Part shown: positions 63,644 to 64,000 of the stretch, piece after piece
Numbering within the stretch: position 1 is the stretch's first letter
How the letters are laid out: every line of letters begins with the position of its first letter
Origin: Octopus bimaculoides
Taxonomy: Eukaryota
Length of the DNA stretch: 64,000 nt
Assembly (NCBI RefSeq): GCF_001194135.2
Contig: NC_068988.1
Coordinates: forward strand, 77,327,748 to 77,391,747
Direction: 5' to 3'
Position numbers and translations under genes: made by a program
Notes under the pieces: model-generated
What the model was told of the DNA's origin: nothing
Databases searched by the model: none
The model's input: the letters and a program-made list of their open reading frames with translations, nothing else

Positions 63644-64000
63644 TGTCGCCCGCACATGAGCCAGTCCGGGGGCACTGGCAAACGATCCCGCTCGAAAAAG
63701 CCTCATGTGTCACCCGCACAAGGACCAGTCCAGGGGCACTAGCAACGATCCCGCTCGAAAGATTTCATGTGTCGCCCGCACATGAGACAGTCCGGGGGCA
63801 CCGGCAACGACCTCGCTCGAAAAACCTCATGTGTCACCCGAGAGCCGACCCAGGGGCACCGGCAACGATCTCGCTCGAAAGATTTCATGTGTCGCCCGCA
63901 CATGAGCCAGGCTATGGGCACTGGCAACGGTCCCGCTCGAAACATTTCATGTGTCACCCGCACAAGAGCCAGTCCAGGGGCACTGGCAACGGTCTCGCTC
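63644..64000. repeat. ~62-bp GC-rich tandem array (58-64 bp units) with alternating A/B units, running off the window end
   Basis: Unit starts at 63644, 63708, 63770, 63832, 63890 and 63952; similar to the RTE 3'-UTR module at 2610-2790. Confidence 0.9.

Noticed and set aside
63644-64000. CRISPR-like periodic array
   Set aside because: Whole units are homologous, with no unique spacers; no cas genes; eukaryotic context

Overview
Eukaryotic, AT-rich, microsatellite-dense window with about ten N-gaps. The SINE and microsatellite composition suggests an octopus/cephalopod genome (inference, not verified). No intact host gene could be assembled; there are only a few isolated exon candidates. Almost all recognisable sequence is transposon-derived: a full-length but degraded RTE LINE with an 11-bp TSD (25229-29089), further RTE fragments, three Ty3/Gypsy relics (Mag-like, Gmr1-like, and a compact gag-PR-RT-RH-IN element), R4-like RLE-type LINE fragments, mariner/maT relics, a Helitron with telomere-like repeats, piggyBac- and hAT-type MITEs, tRNA-like SINEs, a probable solo LTR, and tandem arrays. 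The most interesting signal is a set of long inverted repeats or palindromes (about 6.5, 14.3, 43.4, 52-53.6 and 63.4 kb) that look Penelope-like (PLE). Three of them carry readable type-I hammerhead ribozyme (HHR) folds and one carries half of an HHR motif, all pointing outward. One pair brackets a GIY-YIG endonuclease ORF with no reverse transcriptase. One HHR family has an unusually long stem II and a GUU cleavage triplet. The PLE-HHR link itself is known biology; the specific variant and the architecture are what merit checking. All ORFs spanning N runs or microsatellites are artefacts.
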